A model generated the notes under the pieces. The model saw only the letters and a list, made by a program, of their open reading frames with translations. It searched no databases and was not told the origin of the DNA. Both the position numbers and the translations under genes were made by a program. Below, one piece after another: positions 20,601 to 28,083 of a stretch of DNA of 64,000 bases; the first letter of the stretch is position 1, and every line of letters starts with the position of its first letter. Origin of the DNA: an uncultured bacterium (GTDB taxonomy: Bacteria; Patescibacteriota; JACMRA01); assembly GCA_963704645.1 (NCBI GenBank), contig OY969926.1, forward strand, positions 256,001 to 320,000, in the 5' to 3' direction.

Positions 20601-22609
20601 CTATTATCTCTGGTACAGAACAACTTGTATTTACACCAAACCCTACTTTCTCTGGTTCTACTAGCTTTACCTACACAGCTTGTGACCCTGCAGGTAATCC
20701 AAGTAACGTTGCCACTGTAAATGTAACAGTAAATCCAAACACAGCTCCAGTAGCAAACCCGGATACAGCCAATACAGTTTCTAATTCTCCAATAGCCATA
20801 AACTTACCAGCTAACGATACTGACACTGACGGCTCTTTAGACTTAACTAGTGTAACTGTTGTAACAACACCTACTAAAGGTAATGTAGTTATTAACCCAG
20901 TTACAGGTATTGGAATCTATACAGCCACTACAGCAAGCTTTACTACCAACCAAGCAGATACTTTCTCTTACACAATTAAAGATAATGATGGAACAGTATC
21001 TAACGCTGCCATAGTAACAGTAAATGTAATTGTAAACCCAATTGCTAACCCAGATATTGCAAGTACCTTGTCTGCCAATCCAGTTACCATAGATGTTAAA
21101 AACAACGATACAGCTACTTCAGCTGCTCTAGACCCTGCTTCAGTTGTTATTGTAACAACTCCTACCAAAGGAACAGTAACTGTTAACACAACCCTAGGCA
21201 GTCCTGATCTTGGAAAAGTTACCTATACTCCAGACCCAGCTCAGTTCACTACATCATCAACCGATACTTTTAGCTATACTATTAAAGACACTGAAAACCA
21301 TATTTCCAACATAGCCTTAGCAACCGTAAATGTAACAGTTCCTCCGGCTAATCAGCTTCCTCTTGCTAATAACGATACTGCGAGTGGGGGTAAAAACTCT
21401 GCTATCACAATTGATATACTATCTAACGACTCTGACCCGGATGGAACTATTAACCCAGCTTCGGTTGTTATTCTAACTAATCCAACTAAAGGAACAGTAA
21501 CTGTTGATACAACACCATCTAGCCCCAACTTTGGAAAAGCTATCTATACTCCAAGCCCAGCTCTATACACTACCACCTCAACCGATACTTTCACCTATAC
21601 AGTAAAAGATAATAATAACGGTACTTCTAATACAGCTACAGTAACACTAAACATAATCTTACTATTACCAACAGCCGTAAACGACACAGCAACTCTAAAC
21701 ATCAATACACCTACAACTATACAAGTATTGGGCAACGATACTTTAGCCACCAGTATCTGTACTGACTCTGTTTTCAGTATACCAAGCGGAGGAACAACAA
21801 CTCCTACAGCTTCACAATCTACAGCCGGAGGAAGTGTAGTTATTACCAATACAGCAATTGTCTACACTCCTGCTAACAACTTCACAGGTACAGACAGCTT
21901 TACCTACAAAGCCTGTAACGCCGATGGCCAAAGCAATGTAGCAATAGTTAGTATCACAGTTAATCCTATAGCAGTAGTTGTACCAGTAATACAAAACGTT
22001 CAATTAACACTATACAAAGAAAAACAAGATGTAGATATTCTTCTTAATCAACCCTTAAAGATTCAAGCAGATATTAGAAATCCTAATAACTTTGTAGTAC
22101 AGAAAATTGAAACAACAATTAACATAGATACAACTAAGTTAAACTTCATCACAGGTACTGCCAGAGAAGGAAGTATAGTGGGCAACAAGTATCTTAGTTT
22201 CTTAGAGCTAAATAGTCTTGTTTCTCTATTCTCTATTACAGCTAATGCTCAAACTCTACCAACTGCTACAACCGTAAGTTTCATAGTATTATCTGACTCT
22301 CAACTTAAAGTTACTATCCTTAACGCCCAGCCAAACCAAACTATTCCAATTGTCTTTGATGTAACCCCTAAAGCCAACTTACAAAATAGTATTCAAGGTA
22401 CAACTTCCATTATTGATACAACAACAAACCTAGCAGTTGCATCGGCTAATGCTGAGATAAAAATTACTCCAGCTCCAACCTTATTAACCCTTGTTAGAAC
22501 AGGAGGATATGCCTTACCAGCTATTATAATATCTCTTGGAACTATAGCGGTACTGTTCTTTGTAACTAGGAAGAGGAAATTAAATGTGAAAATTAGTAAT
22601 GATCAATAA
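14642..22609 (+). CDS. Giant surface protein with three RCC1-like repeat blocks, a NIDO-like domain, IPT/TIG and Ig-like (tandem-95/Big_9) repeats, and a C-terminal sorting signal
   Basis: Repeated HTCALL..G.VRCWG.N..GQLGYG and P.ANND...IDVLAND...YTP...GTDSFTY; the C-terminus is LVRTGG, a TM helix and RKRK. Confidence 0.9.
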   Translation: MKKGGSKTKLLLQIKDNLSKLHIFSRKVRKYNRFFVLSALAFAVLLSGATLLNYFNENSINKLAKANNLPTLKLDSYDDSNCFLNNGKVKCWGEETLGQLGYGATSNFSFFDYVNDLSKVGFLNLGGDATDISVGRGHSCALLSSGEVSCWGDNSLGQLGYGSTYNIGDSEVPGSVSPVALGQKAIKVTAGGSHSCALLTTGNIKCWGDNSFGQLGYGNISNIGDDESLNTVSEINLGEPVLDVTTGENHTCALLTSGNIKCWGDNSKGQLGYGNLDNIGDNETLNSAGTVNIGETVKKVVVSASNTCVILVSDNLKCWGDNTSGQLPFSDTLLGDNEIPLNIANINIGETVVDVDLGDGHTCVVLSLGKVKCWGSNWTGQLGYPGLTTIPNFNSNLEIPNLGYVDVGEQVTSMALGINHTCALLTSENIRCWGANNKGQLGKPSTVTDIGLTTTPASQINIADINSYGPISNPYTEILNDPSYNWIEASDGVQVPLDYGFADSEEVALPFNFKFFEKTYSRMFVSNSGLISFDYADTNLRPGNPAFNLSVLEDDNSNNIIAPLWSRLTEFGFSDATVHTKVVGTSPNQSMVVQWTNFRAKYNSSQFSPTPILTFQVILRSNGEIEFQYKEFDGTDFGSGSSVIARIGLKNYSGTVGNFVNTSNGKFTREISNYKISYKLEDLKYNDISYINCWPSVPRITSTLDCEVGLVKDISAVQTSNSGLKGTISLRLGINGTPITCPVSGIDNKFRCNGLLSPVSSLESIDLYYSTSGSIGGFIDAKNVATIVTNTDPEFGPVTGGTAVGIEGLGIRETAKPVSISSGWDGACTLFDNDKVKCWGSTGNMTSGYEIGDYIGDNNSPSAVGFLDTPDDVRQINTNGYKSCAVLKNGNISCWGLDLGDGFEGLGYGDYHSRNSPGPEINLGEPVTQIHNSYDSACALLQSGKVSCWGKNTGGKLGYGDLVNRRTPGPAIDLGVPATQISMDNHTCALLANGNVSCWGRNDDGQLGYGDLTNRNTPGPEISFGQPVLQVTAGEDNTCVLLTDGDISCWGDNNYGQLGYGDYNDRLVPGPSINLGAKAIEIESNTLTTCAVLENGDLKCWGTNWAGQVGDETRGGEKLSPGSRINFDTPVKEVSIGAGHVCALFINAKIKCWGDNYPGELGTPNKSPNYIFDIPNLKYIDLIRQYDISATYDNLAPQSTVIPNTKTINTVTPPHDPGFVDVRVRNGDGSLINLVQGYEYRSLAGPIPPIANNDTITTIESSPVTIDVLANDSNAVSICTGSVLGVSNGAAVISGTQIIYTPNSTYTGTDSFTYKACNTAGESNAATVDITVNPRPTATIDPIVGPTDGNTFVTATITGIGTNTSTITPQIATNGANTCMVSAKGRLRCWGYGGFGQNGYGNTNDIGTTELPITAGDVNVGGTVKQVAVGIYHTCALLTTGNVRCWGKNNNGQLGYGNTTQIGDNELPFTAGDVNVGGTVTQISAGGEFTCALLTTGNVRCWGINNYGQLGYGNTTQIGDDEFPFTAGDVNVGGTVTQISAGDAHVCALLDTGNVRCWGYNYLQYGTISLGALGYGNTNNIGDDELPFTAGDVNIGGTVTQISSPGAGNCALLTTGNVRCWGGNYYGQLGYGNNDNIGDNELPFTAGDVNVGGTVIQVSKGESHTCVLLDTAEVKCWGDSFTGQLGYGNYTRIGDNELPSSVGVVNVGGPVSQIAVSSAHTCVILTNGNVRCWGAGGNIGYGNGNAIGDNELPFTAGDVSVFDASSSNSNPPTITTPSMTFDGLQATSVVQVDPSTITAYTPAHPAGPVDVVINDSYGNTFTLVQGYTYEEEVLQPEANPDSITTPESTPVTIDILANDTNTTNICVGSITLLPGSVNNATATIVPAGTDGSLVDKVLFTPTVGYFGTVSFTYTACSTEIGTNPSSPVSVVVNVTAVNPVALNDTATVNQNEFVTINIIANDTDPSGQTLTICSPLSTLSNGNIVKTIISGTEQLVFTPNPTFSGSTSFTYTACDPAGNPSNVATVNVTVNPNTAPVANPDTANTVSNSPIAINLPANDTDTDGSLDLTSVTVVTTPTKGNVVINPVTGIGIYTATTASFTTNQADTFSYTIKDNDGTVSNAAIVTVNVIVNPIANPDIASTLSANPVTIDVKNNDTATSAALDPASVVIVTTPTKGTVTVNTTLGSPDLGKVTYTPDPAQFTTSSTDTFSYTIKDTENHISNIALATVNVTVPPANQLPLANNDTASGGKNSAITIDILSNDSDPDGTINPASVVILTNPTKGTVTVDTTPSSPNFGKAIYTPSPALYTTTSTDTFTYTVKDNNNGTSNTATVTLNIILLLPTAVNDTATLNINTPTTIQVLGNDTLATSICTDSVFSIPSGGTTTPTASQSTAGGSVVITNTAIVYTPANNFTGTDSFTYKACNADGQSNVAIVSITVNPIAVVVPVIQNVQLTLYKEKQDVDILLNQPLKIQADIRNPNNFVVQKIETTINIDTTKLNFITGTAREGSIVGNKYLSFLELNSLVSLFSITANAQTLPTATTVSFIVLSDSQLKVTILNAQPNQTIPIVFDVTPKANLQNSIQGTTSIIDTTTNLAVASANAEIKITPAPTLLTLVRTGGYALPAIIISLGTIAVLFFVTRKRKLNVKISNDQ

Positions 22610-22628
22610 TTAACAATATTTATTGTTT

Positions 22629-22964
22629 TTACCTATTATCCCCAGAACCAACTAGGGTTTTAGATTGCTTTCTACTTAACAATTTTTCCTGATTAATATT
22701 TACAACTTCTTCTAAGGGAATGCCTAATTCGTTGCAAATACATGTTAAATAACCAAGCACATCACCTAGTTCTTTAGCAACTTCTTTTACATCAAAATTA
22801 CCTTCTCTATATCTACGTTTCATTTTTCCTGCAACCTCACCAGCTTCTTCCAGTAAACCAAAAGTTACCAATTCTAGTCTGTGGGCTGGGTCTGTAACAG
22901 CATAATGAGAAGAAATTTCTTTAATGAAATCATCGTATTCTTTGAAAGTGTTTATGTTGGACAT
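22629..22964 (-). CDS. MazG-like nucleotide pyrophosphohydrolase
   Basis: Motif GLLEEAGEV...KELGDVLGY...N.EKL..R. Confidence 0.9.
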   Translation of the reverse strand: MSNINTFKEYDDFIKEISSHYAVTDPAHRLELVTFGLLEEAGEVAGKMKRRYREGNFDVKEVAKELGDVLGYLTCICNELGIPLEEVVNINQEKLLSRKQSKTLVGSGDNR

Positions 22965-23056
22965 GTTTGAAATTGTTTTAAGCCTATAAAAAACATTGTT
23001 GACCTAAGTATATGATGTCAAACATAAAACAAATAGCAACAACTTTCTAGTTTGGA

Positions 23057-23413
23057 CTATTTTTCTAAAGTTTCAGCTACGCGGTACTGGACTATTTTTC
23101 TAATTAAATTATAGGGTATTTCTTTATCAAGCGGAAACTGAGCCGAGCCTTTGGCATGTTTATAAATCTCCAATTCTTTCTCAAAAGCAATTATCCCTGC
23201 AGGGAGAGGATAAAAACCAATATGCTTGGCGTAACCTGCAAAGTGAACTAAATTTTTGCCATTAAGCTTGAAACTTGGCATTTGATAGCTAATTAATTCA
23301 ATCGCTTCTGGTGATATTTCCTTAACAATTTCTCTAATTTTCTGTAGAATTTGTTCAGTTTGTTCTGGGAAGTCTTGAATATATTCATCAACATTTTGGA
23401 ATTTATATTTCAT
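23057..23413 (-). CDS. DUF1801/YdhG-like protein
   Basis: Motif VDEYI...ISYQMPSF...HIGFYP...KGSAQFPLDKEIPY. Confidence 0.88.
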   Translation of the reverse strand: MKYKFQNVDEYIQDFPEQTEQILQKIREIVKEISPEAIELISYQMPSFKLNGKNLVHFAGYAKHIGFYPLPAGIIAFEKELEIYKHAKGSAQFPLDKEIPYNLIRKIVQYRVAETLEK

Positions 23414-23460
23414 AAGGTATTATAAGGTTATATCTGAGAACAGTCTAAATAATAGATTTA

Positions 23461-23943
23461 TTAAAAACTATTTTTGCTTACCTCGTCTGATTCACAAATT
23501 TCTTTTAATTTGTTAAGGGCTTTTGGCCATTGATCTTTCATAAAATCAATAAATTCATCTCTAACTTCAACAAAAATATCAACCCTTGTTGAATCTTCAG
23601 ATAAACTGCTAAAAGTATAGCTTTCAATTGCACCTTTAGAATTTAAAGAACCCTCCGATTCAGTATCAGCAACTCCGCCGGGAAGTAACCAGCTTTGGTA
23701 TGTAATTTCAATAAGTTTTAGATGCTCATTTTTAGATATTTTTCCGGCTATACCACGGCCATCTGCCGATTTAAACAGAATATTTTGGTCTTGCTCCCAG
23801 CTTCCTTCATAATAAGACGATTTATCAAACTCGGAGGTCCATATCTTATAGGTTTCTAGATCTAACATTTTGTGCCACACAGTTTCTACACTGGCATTTA
23901 TTATTACAGAAAAATTGTGTGGGATTAGTTTTGAATTTTGCAT
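23461..23943 (-). CDS. SRPBCC domain protein
   Basis: Motif INASVETVW...YKIWTSEF...YEGSW...WPKALNKLKEICE. Confidence 0.85.
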   Translation of the reverse strand: MQNSKLIPHNFSVIINASVETVWHKMLDLETYKIWTSEFDKSSYYEGSWEQDQNILFKSADGRGIAGKISKNEHLKLIEITYQSWLLPGGVADTESEGSLNSKGAIESYTFSSLSEDSTRVDIFVEVRDEFIDFMKDQWPKALNKLKEICESDEVSKNSF

Positions 23944-24173
23944 AGCTTTATGGTCTAAAATTTTTCATTAAGTTTTAAACAATTACTAAAAATTATTATC
24001 ATTTAAACTGTTTAAATTTATAGCATGTCAAACTAATTTGAATTATTATAAAAGATTGTCTCCACTAGCTATCTTTTCCAAGCAACTCTTAATTATTGAT
24101 GGTAATTGAATATAAAGCAGCAGGAGATAATTACAATTGATCGCAAAATCTCATAAATATTGTTTATAAATGA

Positions 24174-24200
24174 AAAAGTCTCTCAAACTAATGAGAGACG
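24174..24200 (-). terminator. Intrinsic terminator
   Basis: GTCTCTCA/TGAGAGAC stem with a T-tail on the minus strand. Confidence 0.6.
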
Positions 24201-24270
24201 AACAATGAAGATTATTAATCAGTACTATACCAAAAATCTACAGAGTTTAGCGGAGAATTAGAGTTATTAA

Positions 24271-24732
24271 CTATTTCCCACGTACATGAGCTATAAACCG
24301 AAGTATAGTGAAACCCTTCCTCAGTGCTTCTATGTTTTCAGACACATGCCCTATTCCTACTTTCAAGCAGTATTCCCTCTTCAAAAATAAAGTTGCCTGA
24401 GCATAACCCAGTCTATTTTCTAAGAAAAATGTTCCAATATGATTATCTTCCCAGGAATAGCCAGTATACAAAAAAACAATTAAGATTTCGTTGTTATCAA
24501 CTGTACATTTTATAACTAAGGTTGAAATTTCTAATGGTTTATACAACAATGTAACTTCACTACTTACAACAATGCCAGGGAAATATGGCCAGAGCAGTCT
24601 ATTTAAATTACCCTTGAACATTTTGTTTAGAGGAATCTTACTAGCTTCATCAATTAATAAAAAAGTTACTGCAATTAAGTTAATACTTAAGGGTAATATT
24701 GAGCTTAGGTCATCAATTCCAAAATAAATCAA
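24271..24732 (-). CDS. Hypothetical protein, paralog of 25150..25713
   Basis: Shares the pattern KC...NNEILIVFLYTG...IGTFFLE...AQATL; AGGAG lies upstream of the TTG start. Confidence 0.6.
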   Translation of the reverse strand: MIYFGIDDLSSILPLSINLIAVTFLLIDEASKIPLNKMFKGNLNRLLWPYFPGIVVSSEVTLLYKPLEISTLVIKCTVDNNEILIVFLYTGYSWEDNHIGTFFLENRLGYAQATLFLKREYCLKVGIGHVSENIEALRKGFTILRFIAHVRGK

Positions 24733-24811
24733 AACAATAACTCCTACAATTCAAATCCATTTAATACAAATACTACATTAAACTTTTAGCAAGTTTACAT
24801 TTTTAAAGCGA

Positions 24812-25051
24812 TTAGTTGTTCAAACTTTTATCATCACCCTTCGCCCCTTTAAAAGTAGCGTAAATTGCCATTGCATGACCATGACCTAGCTGGAATTCTT
24901 CTTTAAGCCAATTAGTCACCTCTGTAGCTTTTACAGTTTTTACAAGCAAATTATTAGCAATAAAGCCTTTTTTTTCGGCAAGTTTTTTAAAATCTGCTGG
25001 AGTTTTACCTGTTTTAGCAAAAATGTTATCAATATAGGCTTGGAAAGACAT
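24812..25051 (-). CDS. DUF4287 domain protein
   Basis: Motif MSFQAYIDNI..KTGKTP...WLKEEFQLGHGHAMAI. Confidence 0.88.
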   Translation of the reverse strand: MSFQAYIDNIFAKTGKTPADFKKLAEKKGFIANNLLVKTVKATEVTNWLKEEFQLGHGHAMAIYATFKGAKGDDKSLNN

Positions 25052-25149
25052 AATTTAGAGTTTTATTTACACCACATTTAGAAATATAAACCAAAATTAT
25101 TGTAAAGAAAAAGAGGTTCACAGATAACTGAAAACCCCCTAAAAATAAA

Positions 25150-25713
25150 TTAATATTGACAGCCGAGAAAACTAACATCTGCGCTGCCCAACTGGCTATT
25201 CAGCCAATCAATTTTCCAATTTACAAAGTCATAAATTCTGAAACAGGAAGGGTAAGCTGGCTTCTGGATAATTGAATTATCAGACTTGTGAATTAGTCTA
25301 ATGTTCACGTCCAGATCAAGCCCATTTTTTACAAGAACGCTTGCTTCTGCACCTTCAGGGTTAATTTCCAAAACAAAAGTGCCAACACATTCTTCTTTGC
25401 TACTAATACCAGTATACAGAAAAGCTACAATAATTTCATGGTTATTATTCTTACTTATACACTTAGCCACAACAGAATATATTCCCTTGCTAGAAGCAAC
25501 ATTAGCAACTCTAGCAACTTCAACCGCTCCAAATAAATTAAATAGACTTTCTTTTAAAGATATAATCTCATCGGACTTTAAAAATATTTTAACCCGTTCA
25601 TTATCTTTCTCATCATTCTCATTCTCAATAATAATACCGAAAACTTCAATGAACAATTCAACAGAAAATGGAATTATAGTTTTAATCTGATCAGACTCTA
25701 ACATTTTCCCCAC
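25150..25713 (-). CDS. Hypothetical protein, paralog of 24271..24732
   Basis: Shares the pattern KC...NNHEIIVAFLYTG...VGTFVLE...AEASV. Confidence 0.6.
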   Translation of the reverse strand: MGKMLESDQIKTIIPFSVELFIEVFGIIIENENDEKDNERVKIFLKSDEIISLKESLFNLFGAVEVARVANVASSKGIYSVVAKCISKNNNHEIIVAFLYTGISSKEECVGTFVLEINPEGAEASVLVKNGLDLDVNIRLIHKSDNSIIQKPAYPSCFRIYDFVNWKIDWLNSQLGSADVSFLGCQY

Positions 25714-25822
25714 TAGTAATCAACTTCAACAATATAAATTAATAAACTGTTTACAATTTTTAGCAAGTTTAAACCCACACACAATTTTATCATAAACTGA
25801 AAGAAATATATAGATACCCTTA

Positions 25823-25856
25823 ATAATATTTATGAAAGATAATATTTATGAAAGAT
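25823..25856. repeat. Perfect 16-bp tandem repeat ATAATATTTATGAAAG x2
   Basis: Directly visible; ends 4 bp before TTTACA at 25861. Confidence 0.85.
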
Positions 25857-25896
25857 ATATTTTACAATAAATTCTTATTTTGTATAAATTATATAG

Positions 25897-26706
25897 ATGT
25901 CCAAACTAATTCGAAGACTTCCCTTTAACAACAGGTGGTCTATTGCCTTAAAAATAACACCGTTAATTATTGTAATAGTTGTTGCAAAATATTTTACAAG
26001 TTTTTTTGGATACGATAGATTTGAATTAAATAACCTTTTCACGGCTTTAATTTCAGCAAATATATTTTTGTTTGGATTCTTAATTTCAGGCGTACTGGCC
26101 GATTATAAAGAAAGTGAAAAATTACCTGGTGATTTAGCCGCAAGCCTAGAAAGTTTAGCCGACGAGGGATGGATAATTTATAAAAACACAAAGTCTGAAA
26201 TTGCTTTAGAATATATATCTAAAATAGATCAACTTACAAAAAGTATTTTAAAATGGTTTAACAAACAAGAAAAAACAGAAGCCTTAAGGGACAGAATTTT
26301 TGATCTAAATAATTACTTTTCTAAATTTGAACCGTTAACCCAACCCAATTTTATTTTTAGGCTGAAGCAAGAACAAAATCAATTAAGAAGAATAACCAAT
26401 AGAATTCATACAATTCGTGAAACTTCCTTTTTGGGCGCTGGTTATGCAATTGCAGAAATTATAACTACCATAATTACACTGGGGATGTTGTTTATTAACA
26501 TTGGAAATTCAACCATAGAAGGGTTAATTTTTACAGGTTTCGTAAGCTTTGTTTTGGTATATATGATTTATTTAATAAAAGATTTAGACAATCCATTTGG
26601 TTATTATGCAGAAGATAGTTTGTCGGAAAATGTTTCACTTTTACCAGTTGAACAAACAAGTTATAGGCTTGAAAACGTAATTAAGAATATCGACTCTAAG
26701 ATATAG
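25897..26706 (+). CDS. Bestrophin-like (DUF4239-type) 4-TM membrane protein
   Basis: Two N-terminal TM helices, a helical soluble region, then two TM helices followed by DLDNPFG, like the bestrophin E/D-NPFG motif. Confidence 0.65.
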   Translation: MSKLIRRLPFNNRWSIALKITPLIIVIVVAKYFTSFFGYDRFELNNLFTALISANIFLFGFLISGVLADYKESEKLPGDLAASLESLADEGWIIYKNTKSEIALEYISKIDQLTKSILKWFNKQEKTEALRDRIFDLNNYFSKFEPLTQPNFIFRLKQEQNQLRRITNRIHTIRETSFLGAGYAIAEIITTIITLGMLFINIGNSTIEGLIFTGFVSFVLVYMIYLIKDLDNPFGYYAEDSLSENVSLLPVEQTSYRLENVIKNIDSKI

Positions 26707-26745
26707 ATAAAATAACAATTAGTAAGCTAAAGTATAGTTTTACTT

Positions 26746-26774
26746 TTGACATGAGCTTTTTTGCAAGCTAAAAT
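26746..26774 (+). promoter_or_regulatory. Sigma-70 promoter of the rhodopsin gene
   Basis: TTGACA-N17-TAAAAT. Confidence 0.75.
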
Positions 26775-26799
26775 AAGTTTGTTTTAAACAAAAATACAA

Positions 26800-27375
26800 A
26801 TGTCTGCAATTTTAACTTCTGGAATAATTTTATTCATAATCTCTTCAATTTACTTTATTTTAAAGCCTAAAGAAGGTTTTAACTCGGCTTTTTTAGTTAG
26901 TTTTATAACCTTAACTTCTTATTTAATTATGCTTGAAGGAAATTATGTTACTAATGATTTATATTGGACAAGATGGATAGGATACGGCATTAGCTGCTCT
27001 TTATTGGTATATGAAATCTCCAAAAAGGTTGGTCTAGATCTTTCAAAACAAATTTCAAACATTTTTCTAACTGCAATTGTAATGTTCACAGGGGCTTTGT
27101 CTTCGGTAAGTGTTAATGAATATAAATGGGCATTCTTTGCTATAAGTTCAATTGCCTTTGCTAAGCTATTATATGAAATTTACAGCACAAAGTCTAAAAA
27201 CCTTTCATCTTTAAACCCATACATTTTATTCGGATGGTGTGTTTTCCCAATTGTATTTCTATTTTCAAACGAAGGTTTAAACTTAATAACCTTGGAAACA
27301 AGCGCAATAATATATTTATTTCTAGATTTATTTACTAAGATTGTTTTCTATATACAACAGAAAATGAACAAATAA
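26800..27375 (+). CDS. Microbial rhodopsin, schizorhodopsin/AntR-like
   Basis: Seven hydrophobic helices; helix C RWIGYGISCSLLVYE, helix F GWCVFP and helix G DLFTK (retinal Lys180). Confidence 0.9.
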   Translation: MSAILTSGIILFIISSIYFILKPKEGFNSAFLVSFITLTSYLIMLEGNYVTNDLYWTRWIGYGISCSLLVYEISKKVGLDLSKQISNIFLTAIVMFTGALSSVSVNEYKWAFFAISSIAFAKLLYEIYSTKSKNLSSLNPYILFGWCVFPIVFLFSNEGLNLITLETSAIIYLFLDLFTKIVFYIQQKMNK

Positions 27376-27467
27376 TATTACTAAGAATTAGTTTTAGCAC
27401 TGAAGAAAGACTTTACCGAGTTAAGAAACCTTGTAAAAGCAAACTTTTTATGAACCATCTTCATATT

Positions 27468-27617
27468 TCAAATATTAGCAATTTCAGACTTTTTTGCAGA
27501 ATCTAGTACAAGTTGTTTTTGTTCATCATTCAAACCTTCAAAACCACGCTTAAACGCAGCTTTATATTCTAAAACTGTTGGATTGTTTTGATTAATTTTT
27601 AATATTTTTTCAGACAT
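27468..27617 (-). CDS. Small hypothetical ORF (49 aa)
   Basis: Manually translated MSEKILKINQNNPTVLEYKAAFKRGFEG...; not in the ORF track. Confidence 0.3.
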   Translation of the reverse strand: MSEKILKINQNNPTVLEYKAAFKRGFEGLNDEQKQLVLDSAKKSEIANI

Positions 27618-27729
27618 ATTAAATTTATTTTAAAGGGCTAACTATACCCAAAATCTCTTCTTCGCTAATTTGAATATTTATTATTGCTTCAATCATTTCT
27701 TGTCTGGGGTTTCCAGTTGCCAGTTTGGA

Positions 27730-28083
27730 CTAAATTTCTTCCAATTCCAACCAAAAATTATCACTTTCTGCATTTAATAAAATTAACTTTAAATTTTTAT
27801 ACTCAATCTGAGTTAAATCTTGTTTATCCCCTTTAAAATAAATATCTATAAGAACAATATCCACCAAAACATTATCAATTACAATAAGCCTAAATGCACC
27901 AAAAGGAGTTGTTAAATATAACTTAAATACATTATTTTTGCCCGAAGATGAAAGCAAACCATTCTTCCCTTGTTTGTTAATATGAAATTCAATCAACTTT
28001 TTAGATACTTGTTTTGAAAGCTTTGGTCTGTTTTTTTCTAACCTATCTAAAACTTTTTTACACGACCTAGTTATTTTAGGCAT
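27730..28083 (-). CDS. RelE/HigB-like toxin
   Basis: Basic 117-aa protein; GAFRLI and LIDIYFKGDKQDLT..E.K.L resemble HigB2-type toxins; overlaps the antitoxin by 8 bp. Confidence 0.65.
   Translation of the reverse strand: MPKITRSCKKVLDRLEKNRPKLSKQVSKKLIEFHINKQGKNGLLSSSGKNNVFKLYLTTPFGAFRLIVIDNVLVDIVLIDIYFKGDKQDLTQIEYKNLKLILLNAESDNFWLELEEI

Noticed and set aside
16945-22003. Many short minus-strand ORFs inside the giant surface-protein gene, and similar antisense or alternate-frame ORFs inside other long genes
   Set aside because: They are explained by codon bias and repeats of the real gene and show no independent protein features.
22629-25713. Integron cassette array (small co-oriented genes of cassette-typical families)
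   Set aside because: No recurring attC-like RYYYAAC...GTTRRRY palindromes between genes and no integrase; the same applies to 10619-13775.
27378-27617. Alternative genetic code (TGA read as Gly/Trp), suggested by an in-frame TGA in a small ORF
   Set aside because: All long conserved genes are intact under code 11 with no internal TGA, and TGA ends the sigma gene, the lipoprotein gene and the ArsC remnant.
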